Shown: positions 37,633 through 47,100 of the stretch, piece after piece
Position numbering within the stretch: position 1 is the first letter of the stretch
Layout: each line of letters opens with the position of its first letter
Virus record (IMG/VR): IMGVR_UViG_3300009605_004544
Location: 32,001 to 96,000 of that record
From: a virus
Length of the DNA: 64,000 nucleotides
Strand: one strand, 5' to 3'
Notes under the pieces: generated by a model
Database searches by the model: none
What the model was told of the DNA's origin: nothing
The model's input: only the letters and a program-made list of their open reading frames with translations
Position numbers and translations under genes: made by a program

Positions 37633-38682
37633 ATGACAGATGCTGCCCCCCTTCCTTCAGTCAATGCTCGCGCTATAGGTGTGGACATTGGAACCGGATT
37701 TATATCTTGTGCAGAAAAAGAAGCAGGAGACGTAAAGTTCCGAAAGATTAGAGACGCTTTTTTCAAACTCAACCCCTCCAAGTTCCTTGAGGGTTCAGCG
37801 AGTCAGTTCGGTGAAAGTATGCTAAAAAATTCTGGTGCTCATTATGTTAAGGTTGATGGCATCCTACATGTTCTAGGTGACGACGCCTTCAAGTTCGCAA
37901 ATCTATTCCATCAAGAATGCCTTAGACCTATGTCAAAGGGTGTTCTGAACCCCAAGCAGCCGGTCTCAAATCTCATGGTGGGAGAGCTTGTCAAGGCTAT
38001 AGCTGGAAAGCCTACGGCAGATAGCGACGTTCTATACTACTGCGTTCCCGCTGAGCCAATTGATGCGGACTTTGACGTGGAGTACCATAAACAGATATTA
38101 GGGGGCGTTTTTGACGATCTAGGCTATAAAAATGTTAACGTAATGACGGAGGGGCTGGCTGTCGTATACTCAGAGTTAGCTGACACGCAGTACAGCGGCA
38201 TTGGAATGAGCTTCGGAGCCGGTATGTGCAACATTGTCTACTCCTTTATGGGTATTCCTGTCTTTGCCTTCAGCTTGAGCCGGGGTGGAGACTGGATCGA
38301 CAGTCATGCGGCTCAGCACACGGACGAGACCCATAACGTGGTGACTGCTGTCAAAGAAAAGGCCGACTTTAGCCTTTACGATTCTACAAATGGGATTCAA
38401 CGGGCAGTTTCTATCTACTATGAATCTTTACTAAATTATGTTGTTGAACAATTCAAGGAATTGTATGAAAGAACCCCTAAGAAGAAATTGCCAAATGTTA
38501 CTGCGGAAATGCCGATTGTAGTAGCGGGAGGGACTTCTCTAGTTGCAGGATTCGTGGAAAGACTTAAGGAGTTAATAGTAGACGATTTCCCAGTCCCTAT
38601 CTCTGAAGTAAGGCACGCAGAGCAACCTCTTTTCGCTGTTTCCAATGGCCTTTATCGGGCAGCCAAGCTCTCCCTCTCTTGA
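37633..38682 (+). CDS. Actin-like ATPase, volactin-like family
   Basis: Phosphate-1 GVDIGT, connect-1 EGLAV, phosphate-2 variant GMSFGAG, GGDWID, adenosine VAGGTS; family strings GDDAFKFANLF, RPMSKGVL, PAEPID..YH; GAGG RBS before ATG 37633. Confidence 0.85.
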   Translation: MTDAAPLPSVNARAIGVDIGTGFISCAEKEAGDVKFRKIRDAFFKLNPSKFLEGSASQFGESMLKNSGAHYVKVDGILHVLGDDAFKFANLFHQECLRPMSKGVLNPKQPVSNLMVGELVKAIAGKPTADSDVLYYCVPAEPIDADFDVEYHKQILGGVFDDLGYKNVNVMTEGLAVVYSELADTQYSGIGMSFGAGMCNIVYSFMGIPVFAFSLSRGGDWIDSHAAQHTDETHNVVTAVKEKADFSLYDSTNGIQRAVSIYYESLLNYVVEQFKELYERTPKKKLPNVTAEMPIVVAGGTSLVAGFVERLKELIVDDFPVPISEVRHAEQPLFAVSNGLYRAAKLSLS

Positions 38683-38693
38683 AGGATATTAAT

Positions 38694-39662
38694 ATGGAAA
38701 TGACAGAAACTATTAACCGTATATTTGATAAGCGCAAAGGTCTCTTAGCTGCTGACGAGAGCACCCCCACCATACAAAAAAGATTTGACTCTGTGGGAAT
38801 GTCTTCTACGCCAGAAACGAGACATGACTATCGACACAATCTTTTTTCCACAGAGGGGCTGGAACGCTATATCGGGGGCGTCATCTTATATGATGAAACG
38901 ATCAGGAACAAAGAGACCATAGCGCCATTGCTGGACAAGGGAATTACTTTAGGTATCAAGGTAGACGGGGGAGCCAAGCCCTACAATAAAACAGGGGGCA
39001 AGCTAACGGAGGGACTTGATGGACTTACAGAAAGGCTTCGAGAATATAAAGACTTGGGGGCCGAATTCGCTAAGTGGCGTGCCGTTATTGACGTTAATGA
39101 TGCCGATACTTGCTTACTGGCTAATGCTTGGACTCTGGCTAGATATGCTAGAAAGTGTCAAGAAGAAAAGATAGTCCCTATAGTGGAGCCAGAAGTATTG
39201 ATGGATGGAGTACAAACAATCTGGAAGTCTTTTGATGTAACGGAAAAGATACTCCACATTCTATTTGACGCCCTATATTGGGAAAGAGTTGATTTGGAAC
39301 AGATCATTCTCAAGCCCAATATGATCGTCTCTGGATACAAGAGCACCATTCGGGAGAGATCAGAAGGTGTGAGCGCCGCCACTTTAAATTGCTTTCAAAG
39401 AACCGTGCCCTCTGCGGTTCCAGCAATTGCTTTCTTAAGTGGTGGGCAAAAGGATGAAGAAGCAATTAATAATCTAGCCGAAATGAACAAGCAGTCCTAT
39501 TTGCCTTGGGTGGCCTCATTTTCCTTTGGTCGAACAATGCAGAGCGGTGCTTTAGAATTGTGGGCAGCTAATAAAAAGTCAGATGCTAGACATTGGACAT
39601 TTGAAAGGGCTAAGGATTGTTCTCAAGCAGTGTCTGGGAAATCAGTGAGTTGGGAGAAATGA
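38694..39662 (+). CDS. fba: Fructose-bisphosphate aldolase class I
   Basis: GLLAADES, GIKVD, FAKWR, PIVEPEV, LKPNM (Schiff-base Lys), FLSGGQ, SFSFGR. Confidence 0.95.
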   Translation: MEMTETINRIFDKRKGLLAADESTPTIQKRFDSVGMSSTPETRHDYRHNLFSTEGLERYIGGVILYDETIRNKETIAPLLDKGITLGIKVDGGAKPYNKTGGKLTEGLDGLTERLREYKDLGAEFAKWRAVIDVNDADTCLLANAWTLARYARKCQEEKIVPIVEPEVLMDGVQTIWKSFDVTEKILHILFDALYWERVDLEQIILKPNMIVSGYKSTIRERSEGVSAATLNCFQRTVPSAVPAIAFLSGGQKDEEAINNLAEMNKQSYLPWVASFSFGRTMQSGALELWAANKKSDARHWTFERAKDCSQAVSGKSVSWEK

Positions 39663-39826
39663 GAATGGGTCTTTGGGCACTACTGATGTCGAGCGTTCTT
39701 TATGCTGTTGTATCTGTCGATCTAGCTATTAAAAATAAGTACGCCCTATCTATTATTTTTTTGTGCTATACCATAGCAAACTTAGGGTACGTCTGGCTAG
39801 CTTATTACGATAAGGAGGGGTCATGA
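39659..39826 (+). CDS. Small two-TM membrane protein
   Basis: 55 aa, hydrophobic; ATGA overlaps on both sides. Confidence 0.6.
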   Translation: MRMGLWALLMSSVLYAVVSVDLAIKNKYALSIIFLCYTIANLGYVWLAYYDKEGS

Positions 39827-40872
39827 TAAATAATCGAACTGCTATTGTTGGCGCAGGGAATATGGGGAAAGCGATAGCTTGGGCCATGGAAAGCTTGGAT
39901 CATGATGTTGTGGTGCTAGATCAAGATGAAAAGGCAATATTTGATTGTCAAAAAATATTAAAACCTTCTCGACATAAGTTCATTCGAGGCACATCGTATC
40001 AGATGTTAAAAGAGTGCTCGATGGTAATCTCGTCACTACCCTACCATCAGAACCTGAAATTAGCAACTTTCTGCATTGACAATGGAATAAAATATCTTGA
40101 CCTAGGTGGCTGCGTTAAAGTCAGCGAAAAAATTAACGAATACGCCAATCACAAAGCAGAGTGCCCTGTAATGACAGATCTGGGCCTTGCACCGGGCTGG
40201 GTTAATATCGTGGCTGAAAATCTGTACCGAGAATACGTAGAAAGCAAGGGTGAAATTCCCAACTCAATCACGATGATGGCAGGAGGACTTCCTCAGAGAC
40301 CTACTAATACTTTAAAATATGGCTGCACATGGTCATATGCTGGCTTAATAAACGAATACAGAGATAATTGTATCGTTTTGATAAACGGCCTTCAAGACGT
40401 GCAAAGAGGGATGGGCGGATTTGAAGAACCTGTACAAACCGAAATCGGTGAGTTAGAAGCGTTCTATACTAGCGGGGGAGCAGCCCATACAATTGCCACG
40501 ATGCAAAGACGAAAAGTTCCCAATTGCTGCTATAAAACATTAAGATATCCGGGCCATCATAGAATTGTTAACTTTCTAATCCACGAATCTGGGTTGGACG
40601 ACGAAGCTCTGACGAAAGTCTTTCAAAGAACGTGCCCTCCTCGGGACGACTTAGTAATTATGCGTGTCGCAGTAGACGATCTATTGTTTGAAAGGGTCAT
40701 CAGGTCTGACCAAAAATTCTCTGCCATGCAAAAGGCTACGGCGTTTCCTATTGCCGCAGCGGCCCATACGGCAGCCTCTTATGACTTCTCGCAGCCTGTT
40801 TTAAAATATGACGACCTTGGAGTCACACCATTTAATACATGGCTAGATGTTCTGTTCTTACATACGTATTAG
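39823..40872 (+). CDS. Saccharopine dehydrogenase family / lysine 6-dehydrogenase-like
   Basis: GAGNMG Rossmann, YLDLGG, DLGLAPG, GGLPQRP, WS..GLINEY, LEAFYTSGG, YKTLRYPGH. Confidence 0.88.
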   Translation: MINNRTAIVGAGNMGKAIAWAMESLDHDVVVLDQDEKAIFDCQKILKPSRHKFIRGTSYQMLKECSMVISSLPYHQNLKLATFCIDNGIKYLDLGGCVKVSEKINEYANHKAECPVMTDLGLAPGWVNIVAENLYREYVESKGEIPNSITMMAGGLPQRPTNTLKYGCTWSYAGLINEYRDNCIVLINGLQDVQRGMGGFEEPVQTEIGELEAFYTSGGAAHTIATMQRRKVPNCCYKTLRYPGHHRIVNFLIHESGLDDEALTKVFQRTCPPRDDLVIMRVAVDDLLFERVIRSDQKFSAMQKATAFPIAAAAHTAASYDFSQPVLKYDDLGVTPFNTWLDVLFLHTY

Positions 40873-41096
40873 ACGGGCCATTTGGGGTCGTTTGGAGAGC
40901 ACCTGCCGGTCAAATTAAGCAAAAACTTTTTAAGCTCTATAATTTGCGCCGCCCTCTTTAGGATATGCCTCCTTTTCATCTCGTCCCCTCCCATCGCTGT
41001 ACACTCATGATCCTTTCTTTTAATTACTTCAATAGCATGTTGATGTTTTCGAATCAAATATTCGGCTTTCTTGTCTTCTCTAATTGGGCCATTCAT
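40869..41096 (-). CDS. Hypothetical protein
   Basis: 75 aa; overlaps upstream stop (ATGA) and converges on the + strand gene with a 4-nt overlap. Confidence 0.5.
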   Translation of the reverse strand: MNGPIREDKKAEYLIRKHQHAIEVIKRKDHECTAMGGDEMKRRHILKRAAQIIELKKFLLNLTGRCSPNDPKWPV

Positions 41097-42013
41097 GTCG
41101 TCCTCTCATAAACGTATCTGGCTGTAGCTATATCTTCAATTGCTAATCCGGTAGCGTCAAACAGCGTGCCCATGGTGCGATCAATATTATTGTACTCTAA
41201 AGGTCCACTGACTATTTCCCCCAAAGAAAATAAAGCTGGCCTGCGAATACACTCTGATAAGTATTGAATTTCTCCTGAATGAGAGCATTGCTCCCACTCG
41301 TCATAAACGATGAGTCCCATATGGTTAATTACAGAAGCATCTAGCTCTCTTTTCCCCTTGGCGTCTGCGCCAACGGCATTGATAAGAACTGATTCTTTTA
41401 ACCACTCCTGCTTAATAAAGCCCTTCCGAGAAGGGGTAAGGGTGGTTACGATATCGGCATCCCTTAAGCATTCTGCTAGGCTGTCGAAGACTCTTGCGTT
41501 GTCAAACTCTTCGGCCATCCTGTGCGCTCGGTCTGAATCTAAGTCATATAAAAATATCTCATGTATATCTCTAACGGCGGTAACGGCCTCGATTTGTCTT
41601 TTTGTTTGATTCCCGCACCCAATAAAAGCCGCTGTTTGCGAATCAAGTCTAGACAAGTATTTGGTGGCGACTCCCGTTACAGCCGCTGTTCTAATGGCAG
41701 TTAACGTTTCTCCATCCATGATGCATAAAAGCTTGCCCGTCTTAATGTCGTTAATTAAAACTTTGGCAAAAATATTGACTTTTCGCTTCGTGCCTGTATC
41801 ATCGAGATGGACACCGCACCATTTTATTCCCGCCGTATCGTATGCTATAGCGGGCATCGCTCGAAAGTCTCCGTTAGGAATGTTTAGATAAGTTTTTGGA
41901 GGCATCTGAGTATGGTCTAGGTTTTTGAACAGCCTTTCTATAATATTAATACATTCAGGGACAGTAATTAACTTTCCAACTTCGTCATTACTCAAAATAG
42001 GAACATTTTGCAT
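41093..42013 (-). CDS. Ornithine cyclodeaminase/mu-crystallin family (archaeal-type alanine dehydrogenase-like)
   Basis: MPPKTYL..GDFRAMP..AGIKW, TAIRTAA, IGCGNQ, AVGAD..GKREL, FDATGLAIED; GAGGTG RBS before ATG 42013. Confidence 0.9.
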   Translation of the reverse strand: MQNVPILSNDEVGKLITVPECINIIERLFKNLDHTQMPPKTYLNIPNGDFRAMPAIAYDTAGIKWCGVHLDDTGTKRKVNIFAKVLINDIKTGKLLCIMDGETLTAIRTAAVTGVATKYLSRLDSQTAAFIGCGNQTKRQIEAVTAVRDIHEIFLYDLDSDRAHRMAEEFDNARVFDSLAECLRDADIVTTLTPSRKGFIKQEWLKESVLINAVGADAKGKRELDASVINHMGLIVYDEWEQCSHSGEIQYLSECIRRPALFSLGEIVSGPLEYNNIDRTMGTLFDATGLAIEDIATARYVYERTT

Positions 42014-42024
42014 TTGACAGCACC

Positions 42025-42714
42025 TCAACCTAATCTGTCTAGAATTTTAGCAATAATATCATTCCTAATAATATCTCGTCCTTCTAATTTACAGATAGAT
42101 ATGCCCTCTATCTCTCCTAACTTTTCCATGCAGGTTTCGAGTCCTCCTTTCATGTAGTCATTAAGGTCTGTTTGATCAGGGTCTCCATTTAATACCGCTT
42201 TAGAGTTTTTCCCAATCCTCGTAACAAACATTTTTATTTGTTCAAGCGTGGCATTTTGGGCTTCGTCTAAAATCATAAACGTGTTGTGGAAATTCCTTCC
42301 ACGCATATATTCCAGCGGACACAGTTCTATTATGTTGTTAAAACGAAGGCTATCTAGCATGTCTCGTGAGATATATTTACCCATTTCTTCCAACACAGGA
42401 ACAAGATAGGGTTGAATCTTATCTGTGTAAGTTCCCGGTAAATGTCCAAGTCCTCCCCCCGTTTCTACTGTAGGGCGAGCTATGACGATCTTGCCCACCG
42501 TGTTTTCCTGAAGAAGCTGGCATCCAAGGCCAACCGCAACAGCAGTTTTACCAGAACCGGCAGGGCCAGTGCAGAATACGACATCGGATTTTATCATGGC
42601 CTTAAGATAATTCGATTGATTTTCAGTTTTCGGGATTACTTTTCTTTGTGGATACCCTCCGTCAGAATGAGTTTTCGGGAGGTCACTGTTATTTTTCTTT
42701 TTCTTTCTGGGCAA
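42025..42714 (-). CDS. phoH: PhoH-family ATPase
   Basis: GPAGSGKT, ARP, LGHLPG, YMRGRNF, ILDEAQN, GDPDQTD. Confidence 0.95.
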   Translation of the reverse strand: MPRKKKKNNSDLPKTHSDGGYPQRKVIPKTENQSNYLKAMIKSDVVFCTGPAGSGKTAVAVGLGCQLLQENTVGKIVIARPTVETGGGLGHLPGTYTDKIQPYLVPVLEEMGKYISRDMLDSLRFNNIIELCPLEYMRGRNFHNTFMILDEAQNATLEQIKMFVTRIGKNSKAVLNGDPDQTDLNDYMKGGLETCMEKLGEIEGISICKLEGRDIIRNDIIAKILDRLG

Positions 42715-42718
42715 CAGA

Positions 42719-43168
42719 CTACTCTTTTTTTCTAAACGGAAGGATTTTATTCAAAAACTGCTTTCTTTTATCGCACCCACACCCCTGTATCCCTGACCAT
42801 TCTTCTACAGACTTTTCTGTAATTCCGAGCTTTCCAAATATTCCAGCCAGCAAATTCCCAAGCCCCTCTTGTTTTTCTTCATAGTTATCTAAATTAACCC
42901 CAGACTCTTCTACCTCATTAATAACTTCGTCTAGTCGTTTTTTATTTGCGCTCATTTTTCTAGACTCCTTTGTACGGTCCTCTCGCTCTTGCCTTTCGGC
43001 TTCATTAGCGGGAGGAGCAAAAAAGTTCTGAAAATTCTTTCGCCACACTTCGTCTGTTTGGCACAAGCGATGCAAACGTTTCGTCATAGTAATTCCATAC
43101 ACCGGGCAGAACCCTGCTTCGGAGCACTGGCATTCATTATTACAAATATTGGGTTTTTCTTCAGACAT
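42719..43168 (-). CDS. Hypothetical Cys-containing protein
   Basis: CQCSEAGFCP; GCGCDKRKQFLNK motif. Confidence 0.65.
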   Translation of the reverse strand: MSEEKPNICNNECQCSEAGFCPVYGITMTKRLHRLCQTDEVWRKNFQNFFAPPANEAERQEREDRTKESRKMSANKKRLDEVINEVEESGVNLDNYEEKQEGLGNLLAGIFGKLGITEKSVEEWSGIQGCGCDKRKQFLNKILPFRKKE

Positions 43169-43199
43169 CAGTGCTTCCTCTTAACATTTATGTTTCCAG

Positions 43200-44114
43200 C
43201 TAGGGAGAACAGGCACCTTCTGTAATCAGGCCAGACCACTGCATCACTACTGGGTGAATGGGGGGTGTCATCGAAGGATCAGGGTCGAGCATTCCTGTCT
43301 GACAGTCACAGTTGATAAGGAACTCCCCCTCCACCAAGAGCATAAACTTTTGTCCTTCGGTGCCCTTGCATTGGCCGCTTACCAGATCAGCACAGTTGTT
43401 GATACTTAATGTGCCTTCCGTGGTCTGCGGCCACTCTTCGGTGCCAGTGTAATAAGCACAAGGAGAGCAGGGAACCGAGCAGGGTTCTATTTCAAACCAG
43501 AAGCAGTGTGAGGAGCATGGAAGAGGTCCAGCCCCCGTTACAATGCCGTCTCCCTCTGTGGCGCATGGGCCGTTCGGGTGGAGTTGCGGGCATGGATGAT
43601 CGAAGCCGAGAGGAAGACCAGTAACTTGAATTCCCGTCTTGCAACAACATAGGCTGGCGGTAATGCACATGCCATCACAGTCAGACCCTGACATAGGAGG
43701 TGAGCTAGTAGTGCAGTCGCCACAGACAGTCCCTGAGAAACCCCACGCTTCTATATAAGCTCCCGTTGGCTGGTCTTGGTATTCGGCAAGGCACACGGTG
43801 CAGAGCGCCCCGCCGGGATTCAAGTCGCCGTCACTGTGGTAGTAACACATGGATGGCGATTTGGCGAACGTAAATGAGAAGTCGTCGCACATGCATGGCG
43901 ATCCACCGCCGCCACCGCCGCCACCACCTTGGATGCGACAATTAATCATCTCAAAGCAAAGAGGTCCAGTTGGAACGCAAGCGCAGCAATTACAATAACA
44001 CGAGTCAATATTGGCCCCGATGGGAACCCCCGGAGTTCCTGCGGGCGGTGCTGTGCAACATGAACAGCAAGTGTTTCCGTATCTTGGCCCTATGCCTATA
44101 TGCGTAACGCTCAT
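43200..44114 (-). CDS. Cysteine-rich virion-associated protein (putative tail tip/fibre partner)
   Basis: About 35 Cys in 304 aa, poly-Gly linker; TAATG-coupled to the upstream 2433-aa gene. Confidence 0.65.
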   Translation of the reverse strand: MSVTHIGIGPRYGNTCCSCCTAPPAGTPGVPIGANIDSCYCNCCACVPTGPLCFEMINCRIQGGGGGGGGGSPCMCDDFSFTFAKSPSMCYYHSDGDLNPGGALCTVCLAEYQDQPTGAYIEAWGFSGTVCGDCTTSSPPMSGSDCDGMCITASLCCCKTGIQVTGLPLGFDHPCPQLHPNGPCATEGDGIVTGAGPLPCSSHCFWFEIEPCSVPCSPCAYYTGTEEWPQTTEGTLSINNCADLVSGQCKGTEGQKFMLLVEGEFLINCDCQTGMLDPDPSMTPPIHPVVMQWSGLITEGACSP

Positions 44115-47100
44115 TAACTTACCCCTTGTAATAGTCCATTACAAAAAGTGAGAGTTGCGGCGAATACAGCCATAGAGTCTCCGCTACAAGCAATACCTGT
44201 AATTACCGGCAAATCCCCCTTGTACCCGATTGTGCCCATCTTCATTTTTGTATACTTGCCATCGTCACATGACTCTTGAAATGTTCCTTGAAGAGTTGTG
44301 CAGCCACCAATCGCGTCGAATGTAATCTCTTTAATATAGTCCCCTATGCCCCCGACTGTCAAATTCTTGGCTATGAGGGTCTTACATTCGCTAGCTGTTG
44401 AGTAAGAAGCAATTTTTTCCAAGCCCACACCAAGCTCAAGCATTTGGGTGTGCAAAGCACCCCCATTCGCCCCGTCAGGTATTTTGCAATTATCTGAATC
44501 TTCCGTAAATTGATGCACGTTAGGAGCAAGGAAAATAGTAGAAACATTGTCACCTTCCGCAACCCTAACATCAAGACCTTTATAACCCGACACTTCACAC
44601 GCGACTTGATGATCCGCTTGAGCATAATCGGCGCATAGATAAGCATCATGATCAGTCCACTGCGGTCCTGCTGTTAGAGCAAAGTCCAATCGATCTGCCG
44701 CTGGCGTATGTGACTGACCCATATAGCCGAAGCCTGTGCCAAACACTACGCTACGGGCGCGGGAAACAATTGAGGCAGTTACTGCGTCTACGCATCCCGT
44801 TACTCTGTAGTCAAAACCGTTCCAAGAGATGAGTGCTTCACAGTCGCCTTCATCTTCCATTGTAAGGCCCGTTCCGATACCGATGCATTCGAAAGGCCCG
44901 TCATGGCACACATCGTTCCTGATCCCCTGACTAGGAGAAGCTACACTACCGCTTCTTGTTCTAAACTTTTGAACCAGATTAACTGTAGCTGCGCATTGAC
45001 CTTCTGTTCCGGGGGCGTCTAACTCTACCTGAAGACCGCTTCCAAATATCAAAGTCTGGAATGGCGTAGAAGGCATTCCGTCTCTGTCACATACAGACAT
45101 TCCACTAACATCCGGCCCTGTAATTTCAAAAGCACAGGGGAAGTCTGGAACTACTTTTGCATTCAGTCCTGTAGAGATAATTATATTGCGGAAGAAAGTT
45201 TCGTTGAATTTTGTGGTTGGCTTGTTCTCGCAACCCTTATTAGAAATATATTGAACAGCATGCAGAATCGGAGCACACTCAGGGCCAGCTTTCTCGATAC
45301 CGCTCCCGAACACAAGAGTGTCGAATGGAGTTGGCCCGTAGTCTCTGGCTCTATTTGCCTCTTCATCTGCCTCGCAGGTTCCAAGGCCAGAATATCTTGG
45401 GCCGGTAATCTTAAATGCACAGCCCGATTGACTCACAAACAGCCCAGTAGACATATCAAGAGTATTAAAGAACCTATGTTCGTCATCCGAAAGAGGGGAA
45501 AACCCTGCCGCATCGGAGGCTGGGGTTCCACAAGGGGTTGTTCTAATCCACTGTGGTGCATCGACTTGGAAATCACATGTGCTGAAATTGAACACGCCAG
45601 TGAGGCCGCTGCCAAAAGTAATCTGGTCTGGTACGACCGGTCCAAAATCATTTCCGCTACAGGGGGCAACCAATTTAACGCTGGGGCCAGACACGGTGTT
45701 TGTTATAGGATCGACCGTCAGGCCGCTTCCAAATACCAGACAGTCTACTGGCTTACATTCGAATTCAGACTTGCACCCCGTCGCTCCTATTTTAATTCCG
45801 CTTGAGTGAAGCGTATATGCGCCGCAGTTATGCCCTGAAATCCCTTCTTCTACGTAGAAGCCGCTTCCAAACTTCAAGCACTCAAATAAGCCGCCTATCT
45901 CCTGACCCCCAGCGGTGGTCCCCGTGACACAATGGGTTGTATTAAGCCATACAGAACATCCCCCTGTGGGGAATCCGTTGGGGTCTGGTGGTTGCTCCAC
46001 AGGGCTTATATCTCTGTTGAGAGTAAGCCCGGTGCCCACAAGTAACGTGCCGAAAGGCTGATTGAGCCACTCGTCGTCAACATATGAGTTGTCACAAAGA
46101 ATGTCGCTGATCAGCGGTCCAGCAACTACGTTCGTGCCAGTATCCCATGTCAATCCGGTCCCAATAATCAGGCAACTGGTACTAGCGCAGGGCAACCACC
46201 CGGTGCCACAACCAGTAGTCCCGACTTTCATCGTTCCTTCTACTGATATTGCAACACCCGACCAGCCATCCTCCTGTACTCCCGAAACGGCAATACCGTC
46301 TCCGAATTCTATAAATTCTACGCCATACTTTGTCATCTCGTCGGGGAGTTCCGGATCACAACCTTTTTTAAGCTCGCGATCACTACAACCAATTGCTATC
46401 TTGCTGGAAACTAAAACACCTGTTTTGTCTTGTGTATTAACTCCAGAAACAATAAGGTTTCTTCCAAACTCAATGAATTCCGCGCGGTCTTTAGTAAAAT
46501 CGAGGTCAGCGACTTCAGGAAATATGTCACAGCAGTACGTCGGAGCATCATACAGCGAATCGCACGCCGTCCTCTGACTGCAAGCTACGGCTACTCCCCC
46601 ACTGTTGCCGCTAGTGTTAACGGAAATTAAAAGACCTGACCCTCCTTCACCTGCAAGGCCCTTGACGTTAAGTCCCTTCCCAAAATTAAGATACTTCGCT
46701 TTTGGAATCGAAAAATCAGGCGTATCGTTAAATTGGCCACATCCGGTAGCCTCCCTCTCGCTACAGGCTACGGCTATGCCTTGGCCGCTCTGCGACCCCA
46801 CGGAAACTAAAACGCCTGACTTTTTACCATGCTCAATCCCAGAAACATCTATGCCATTCCCAAATTCAAGAAATTCCCAAGCAGGATCAAACTTGGGTGA
46901 TTGGCTAAACTGGTCACATCCGCTAGCCTCCCTCTCACTACAGGCAATTCCAATGCCGGGACTGCCACTATCCATTGAAATTAACAGCCCGGAACTCCCC
47001 CCCCTCCCCCCTGTGAAATCTTGAATGCCAGAAATTTGCAGACCTTTCCCGAATTCAAAAAATTCAATGACAGGATCCCACGTCGGCTTCTCTTCCCATT

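Noticed and set aside
37633-38682. DnaK/Hsp70, FtsA or ParM assignment
   Set aside because: Too short for Hsp70 and lacks its substrate-binding domain; no parR/parC-like repeats nearby; motif strings fit the volactin-like family better
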